This document shows, piece after piece, positions 35,957 to 40,325 of a stretch of 40,325 bases of DNA. Numbering within the stretch: the first letter of the stretch is position 1; each line of letters opens with the position of its first letter. This stretch comes from an uncultured Acidobacteriaceae bacterium. GTDB lineage: Bacteria > Acidobacteriota > Terriglobia > Terriglobales > Acidobacteriaceae. The translations under genes and the position numbers were made by a program. The stretch spans positions 1 through 40,325 of the forward strand of contig CAVXOO010000208.1 in the NCBI GenBank assembly GCA_963762945.1, read 5' to 3'. The notes beneath the pieces were generated by a model. The model made no database searches, was not told the DNA's origin, and saw nothing but the letters and a program-made list of their open reading frames with translations.

Positions 35957-36805
35957 CTACAGCGCGGATCGCAGTGCCAGATCCAATAAGACAATCTGAA
36001 TTCCGCCGGGTTCCTGCAAAAAATACCGCGTTTTCCCGGGCACGATCAGCCACATACCCGCCCCGAATTTCGCGCCCTGCACGGTGAACCGGAGATCCTC
36101 GCACTTCTCGTCGCCTTTGCCGTTGGAGGCTGGTTCGAACTTCAAAGTCCCGGCGTTGAAGCTCAGCACCCCGTTGCACTCCGTAAAGCTGTGGATTTTG
36201 TAGAGCCGGGCCTGCAAGACCATCGGCGGCCAAATCGTGTCCGGCGTTGGCGGGTAATGTTTCTTCTGCTTTTCAAGTCTCGACAGCACCGCCCCGACGC
36301 CACTGTCCACTGCGCCTTCAACGGTGTTGCCAAGCAGGTTGTTCGCAAAGCGTCCTCCGAATCCCGTCTCCGCGGAATCGCGCCACACCTCTTTGGCGGA
36401 TTCGGTATCGAAAAGGGAAGCGGTCATTGCAGAGCCCATCACGCGGTTCGGCGCGGCCTTCGACACCAAAAAGCCGTCGATTTTCACCGTGAGAATCCAG
36501 CGCGGCTTTATCCCTTGCCCGGGGCTTCCGGCGGTGCTCTGCGCGCATCTAAAATCCAGGACACGGTATCCTTTCTCCTGAACCTCCTGCATCAAAGCCA
36601 GCCGCAGGTTATCCAGGTCAACACCCTGCCCCATGTTCACCATGCTCATCATGGGCATCACGCAGATTGCGTTAACTTGATCCAACTGAAAGCCCGGAGC
36701 CACGAAGGGCGGATTTCGATCCTTAGCGTGCAAAGACGATGAGCCGGCCAGTAAAATCACGAATCCGGCCAGGCCGGCAAGAAGGTAGTTCAAGCGTAGA
36801 CGCAC
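35957..36805 (-). CDS. Hypothetical secreted protein
   Basis: 282-aa ORF with signal peptide and SD GAGGT; co-oriented with the TPR gene. Confidence 0.7.
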   Translation of the reverse strand: MRLRLNYLLAGLAGFVILLAGSSSLHAKDRNPPFVAPGFQLDQVNAICVMPMMSMVNMGQGVDLDNLRLALMQEVQEKGYRVLDFRCAQSTAGSPGQGIKPRWILTVKIDGFLVSKAAPNRVMGSAMTASLFDTESAKEVWRDSAETGFGGRFANNLLGNTVEGAVDSGVGAVLSRLEKQKKHYPPTPDTIWPPMVLQARLYKIHSFTECNGVLSFNAGTLKFEPASNGKGDEKCEDLRFTVQGAKFGAGMWLIVPGKTRYFLQEPGGIQIVLLDLALRSAL

Positions 36806-36927
36806 GTTATGGTCACCTCAGGAAGTTGGTGTTCGCCAGATACAGAAATTGCAACAGGGGAGTCCGTGGATTGGATGATCGCAGCCATCATATCACGGCC
36901 GGTGTGCGGCACGCGGCACGCGGCTGG

Positions 36928-37047
36928 CGCAGTGGGTCAGTTTGAAACCTTCGCGAAAGGGCACGACTTCAGTCGTGCCGCAGAGCCCAAAAATAGTGGC
37001 GGGCTTCAGCCCGTGAGGGAAGGCTTTGTTCAAACTGACCCACTACC
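36928..37047. mobile_element. ~120-bp MITE with perfect 16-bp TIR core and internal double palindrome
   Basis: AGTGGGTCAGTTTGAA (36931-46) / TTCAAACTGACCCACT (37029-44). Flanks GCGGCTGG / GCGGCCCG may be an imperfect 8-bp TSD. Internal GGCACGACT-TC-AGTCGTGCC and CGGGCT-TC-AGCCCG. Confidence 0.85.
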
Positions 37048-37162
37048 GCGGCCCGGACGGAATTCATGGGGTCGAGGAGGCGCAACCTCTCAAGCTAAAT
37101 CCGGATTTCGTTTCCCTGGCCATGGGTTCTGCCATTACGTTAATCAAGAGGGTGAGAAACCA

Positions 37163-37537
37163 ATGCGAACTCCAGCGGCGGCAGGGTGGGTGCTCTACGA
37201 CGGCGATTGCGCTTTCTGCATTCGTTGGGCGCGCTTCTGGTCGCCCGTGTTGCGCCGCCGGGGATTTGCAGTCGATACTCTCCAGGCCGATTGGACCGCG
37301 GAAGCGCTCGGCATGACGCGTGACGAAATCCAGCGCGACATTCGATTGTTGACGACTGCTGGAGACACCTACGCCGGCGCAGATGTCTATTTATATGTCG
37401 CGCGCAGAATCTGGTGGGCCTGGCCCTTCGCCTTCCTCTTCAGTCTTCCCGGTTTCAACAAGCTGATCTGGTCGGGATACCGATGGTTTGCCGCGAACAG
37501 GCATTGCATCTCGGGACAATGCGCACCCAAAAGATGA
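37163..37537 (+). CDS. DCC1-like thiol-disulfide oxidoreductase (DUF393)
   Basis: VLYDGDCAFC (DxxCxxC) and C-terminal YRWFAANR. Confidence 0.88.
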   Translation: MRTPAAAGWVLYDGDCAFCIRWARFWSPVLRRRGFAVDTLQADWTAEALGMTRDEIQRDIRLLTTAGDTYAGADVYLYVARRIWWAWPFAFLFSLPGFNKLIWSGYRWFAANRHCISGQCAPKR

Positions 37538-37633
37538 GCGAAAGTTCAAATGCGCGATCACGGATGAAATGTGGACCACTCGACTGGGACCGCGGCCGGA
37601 TTTTCCGGCACGCAAATCCACCACAAAGAAATC

Positions 37634-37662
37634 GGCGGGGAACTCTTGTCGAGTTCCCCGCC
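37634..37662 (-). terminator. Hairpin between convergent genes; probable terminator of the S53 gene
   Basis: GGCGGGGAACTC-TTGTC-GAGTTCCCCGCC perfect 12-bp stem, followed on the minus strand by GATTTCTTT. Confidence 0.7.
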
Positions 37663-37686
37663 ACGGAAATTCCGCTGCCGGCCGTT

Positions 37687-40029
37687 TTAGTAGCTCATCA
37701 CCAGGTTATACGCGTTTACGCTGCCGATGCCGGAACCGAAGTCCCAGCCGGTTCCTGTCAGATACGCGGGCTGGTATGAATTGCTATCGGTCGAAAGCAC
37801 ACCGACGTTGCCTGAAGGCAAGTAGCAGTTGAAAAGCGTAAGAACAGGACTTCTGGTGGTCCCGGTGTTATCAGCTTGGCAATTTGCGAGGTTATCGCCC
37901 AATGTAACGTCGTAGAAAATGCACGAACTGCTTACGCCATTGCCCTTGGCTGAATTGCAGGCCGTGCTTCCGCTTGGACCATATTCAGTGTTGGCGAGGG
38001 CATAGTAACGGGGATTGGGATTTCCCTGCAGACTGCCCTTATGCTGCACCACCAGGGCCTGGATGGCAGCCATGATCGGCGAGGAGATCGAAGTTCCGCC
38101 GTAGCCCGCCCATGCCGATGGTGGAACCGCGGTGCAGGAAGGAATTCCGCCGCCTGTTACGCCGGTGGGCGTCGTGTCGGTATAGCAGAGGACGTAATAG
38201 TGTCCCCACAGGCCGTTTGCGGCCGCCAGGGCAACATCGGGCGTGTCGCGAACCCCGTCGTTCTGCAAGCCGGCCATAGTGCCGAGGTAAGCGCTCTGGT
38301 AGGTGGGTTTGGCCCAACCCGCGCAAGTGCCGCTGTCTACTCCTCGCACCGTCGCCGTCCCAGTAGCGCAGGCGCTCGGGCCTCCGCTGCCGCCCACGGC
38401 CAGGAGGAAATTTTCTCCGGTAGCGGTATTGCAGAAACCGCTCGAACCATAGGCTACAGGCGAACCGGTTAAGAAGGTCGAAAGCAACCCGCCGGCGCAG
38501 GAATCGTTCCACGGCTGCTCCATGATGTACGACTTGGCGGAGCCGTAAAAGACGTTGTTGTTGGCATTCCAATAGACGCTGTTCTCGCCCAGGTAGGTAT
38601 CGGCAAAGTCCAGCCCGCCCACGGAAACGTCGTACGGCGACGACATCCAGCCGCTGATGGTGATGCCGTGTGTCGCACAACCGAAGAGCCCGTTATCCGC
38701 CGGTGGGTACCCGGTGCAGTCCGCACCGCCGCCGTCCGTGCTGGCCGCATCTTCGTCGCCCGAGGAGACAAAGATGCCGATGCCCGCTGCCACCGCCTGT
38801 TGGAAGGTGGTGTTGAATGCGGCATTGAAGGCAGCGCCCGACGACTCCTCCGACTCGCCGTAGCTCATGCTGATCACATCCACGTTGTCGGCATTGGGGT
38901 GATTCAGGATGTTCTGGATCGCGGTCAGGCCGCCAAATCCGCCGCGCGGGTTGGCGCAGGCTGCACTCACGATGGCCGCGCTGGGCGCGGCTGCGGTAGC
39001 CCATTCCGCGTCGATAGAGGCTTCCGAATCGTCGCCGTTGATGCCAGAGCCAGCGGGATATCCGCCGCCCGTCGAGGGTTTGGTGCAGGTGTTCGTGGTC
39101 AGCGGTCCGGGGTTCTCTTGCGAAAAGCTGCCCGCCGTGTATCTGCCCAGACCCAGAATGTTGCGGAAGACAGCCCAGTCACTGGTGGTCGAGCTGCACG
39201 GGCCGAGAGAATTGGTGGCATTGCAGTTCCATTGATTCGTGTCTTCCACCACCACAATCTTCATGCCCTGGCCGGAGATACCGGCACTCAACAGAGGCGC
39301 AATGTTGTAAATCTTATCGAGATCCCAGGGCGTAATGGGGAGAGTGTTGTTGCCCGGCGTGTACTCCGTCCGGAATGCTCCCGATCTGGCGTCAACGTGC
39401 GCCTGTGTGATTCGCTGATGAAAGGCGTGGGGCTTGAAGTTGTGCATGTAAAGCACGCCCTTTACCACCCCGGCCAGCGCCTGCGGAACCTGCGGATCGC
39501 TGGCGTTGGCAAAGTAGGTTTCGCCATTCACCTGGTAGTTGTGGAACTCGGTGTGGAAGGCCACTGCAACCTGCCCGGCGGTGCCGGAAAAGTCGATGAA
39601 CATGTCGTTGGAGTAAACCATGTTCACCGTCAATCCCTGCGATTCCAGCCAGGCGGTCACGGCGTCAATGTCGCTCTGCGCCGGTCCGTAGGTCGCGCCA
39701 AACTGCGCCGCGCTGATCCACTTGTGAAAGCTGGCCGACTTGGGGTTATGCAGATTGTCGATAAACTGCTCGAGCTGAGCCTCAAGCGCCGGAGGCCGCT
39801 GCAACAGCAGCAGCATGTGATCCAACTGCGTCTCGTCGTCGGCCAGGCCCATATCGTTATTCGAATTCGCCTCCGGCCGCGTGTTGCCACCGAGCGTCAC
39901 CAGAACATTGTCATCGATCTTTTGCGTTACCAGCAGTGGCTTGGTTTGAGCTTGCGAGGCAATACCGGCGCTGAGGGCAAATGCGGCCGCAGCGAGGAAC
40001 CGGGCAACAGCTTTCGTGCTACAAATCAT
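37687..40029 (-). CDS. S53 family (sedolisin/kumamolisin-like) serine protease with pro-domain
   Basis: Signal peptide, pro-kumamolisin-like domain, catalytic EASID (E-x-x-x-D), SSGD oxyanion motif, GGTSISSP, and Ca-binding DVTLGDN...GWDFGSGIGS. Confidence 0.92.
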   Translation of the reverse strand: MICSTKAVARFLAAAAFALSAGIASQAQTKPLLVTQKIDDNVLVTLGGNTRPEANSNNDMGLADDETQLDHMLLLLQRPPALEAQLEQFIDNLHNPKSASFHKWISAAQFGATYGPAQSDIDAVTAWLESQGLTVNMVYSNDMFIDFSGTAGQVAVAFHTEFHNYQVNGETYFANASDPQVPQALAGVVKGVLYMHNFKPHAFHQRITQAHVDARSGAFRTEYTPGNNTLPITPWDLDKIYNIAPLLSAGISGQGMKIVVVEDTNQWNCNATNSLGPCSSTTSDWAVFRNILGLGRYTAGSFSQENPGPLTTNTCTKPSTGGGYPAGSGINGDDSEASIDAEWATAAAPSAAIVSAACANPRGGFGGLTAIQNILNHPNADNVDVISMSYGESEESSGAAFNAAFNTTFQQAVAAGIGIFVSSGDEDAASTDGGGADCTGYPPADNGLFGCATHGITISGWMSSPYDVSVGGLDFADTYLGENSVYWNANNNVFYGSAKSYIMEQPWNDSCAGGLLSTFLTGSPVAYGSSGFCNTATGENFLLAVGGSGGPSACATGTATVRGVDSGTCAGWAKPTYQSAYLGTMAGLQNDGVRDTPDVALAAANGLWGHYYVLCYTDTTPTGVTGGGIPSCTAVPPSAWAGYGGTSISSPIMAAIQALVVQHKGSLQGNPNPRYYALANTEYGPSGSTACNSAKGNGVSSSCIFYDVTLGDNLANCQADNTGTTRSPVLTLFNCYLPSGNVGVLSTDSNSYQPAYLTGTGWDFGSGIGSVNAYNLVMSY

Positions 40030-40104
40030 GGTCTCTCCTTCTTTCGAGCAGAGTCCCTCTTCCGAGCCTGGGTTGACCCTCGCTCGCGAAAAAATGTTGA
40101 GTTC

Positions 40105-40325
40105 TCAACGGCGAAGTTTACGGCGCATCGTTCCCAAAAGCCCCAGCACCCCTGTCCCCAGCAGCAGCAGCGAGCCGGGCTCCGGGGTTTCCGTGAAGGT
40201 AAGATCGTCCGCGATCAAGGAATCCGGATTGCCGTCCACGTCGCTGAGGGTGATGAAGTAAATGCCCCCCTCGGGGTCGAGGGTGAACTCAGAATCCGCT
40301 CCGCTCACCGGAGCGCCGTTACGTG
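40105..40325 (-). CDS. PEP-CTERM sorting-domain protein, C-terminal part (frame open to the right edge)
   Basis: TPEPGSLLLLGTGVLGLLGTMRRKLRR: PEP motif, TM helix and basic tail. Confidence 0.88.
   Translation of the reverse strand, partial: RNGAPVSGADSEFTLDPEGGIYFITLSDVDGNPDSLIADDLTFTETPEPGSLLLLGTGVLGLLGTMRRKLRR

Noticed and set aside
1-40325. Prophage, integrative element or defence island
   Set aside because: No integrase, transposase, phage structural or recognisable defence genes apart from one TA pair.

Overview
GC-rich chromosomal segment whose gene content, PEP-CTERM protein and repeat types suggest an Acidobacteriota (Terriglobales-like) genome; that taxonomy is inference. Housekeeping genes include partial nadE, an MlaF-like ATPase, mobA, an M20 peptidase, an NtrC-type regulator with its histidine kinase, nadK, tlyA, tsaC, a TrmH-family methyltransferase, rarA and a DsbD-like protein. 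Envelope and accessory genes include a priming glycosyltransferase, a PagL-like barrel, a PIN toxin-antitoxin pair, an orphan glycosyltransferase, an SPFH protein, a DUF192-PilZ fusion, an S53 protease and a partial PEP-CTERM gene. I saw no CRISPR array, tRNA, rRNA, transposase or prophage. The most unusual signals are: (i) several short non-autonomous elements in which REP-like palindromic cores sit inside different terminal inverted repeats, one core inserted in frame in tlyA (~35 extra residues); (ii) a rod-shaped 6S-like RNA candidate upstream of nadE; (iii) an AAA+ ATPase with a hidden MshEN-like N-terminus behind an ATC codon; (iv) mobA fused to a decayed MlaF-like P-loop remnant. Two single-base frameshifts both fall in GTYRAC sites and are more likely sequencing artefacts than pseudogenes. 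No single clearly new multi-gene system is established from the sequence alone.
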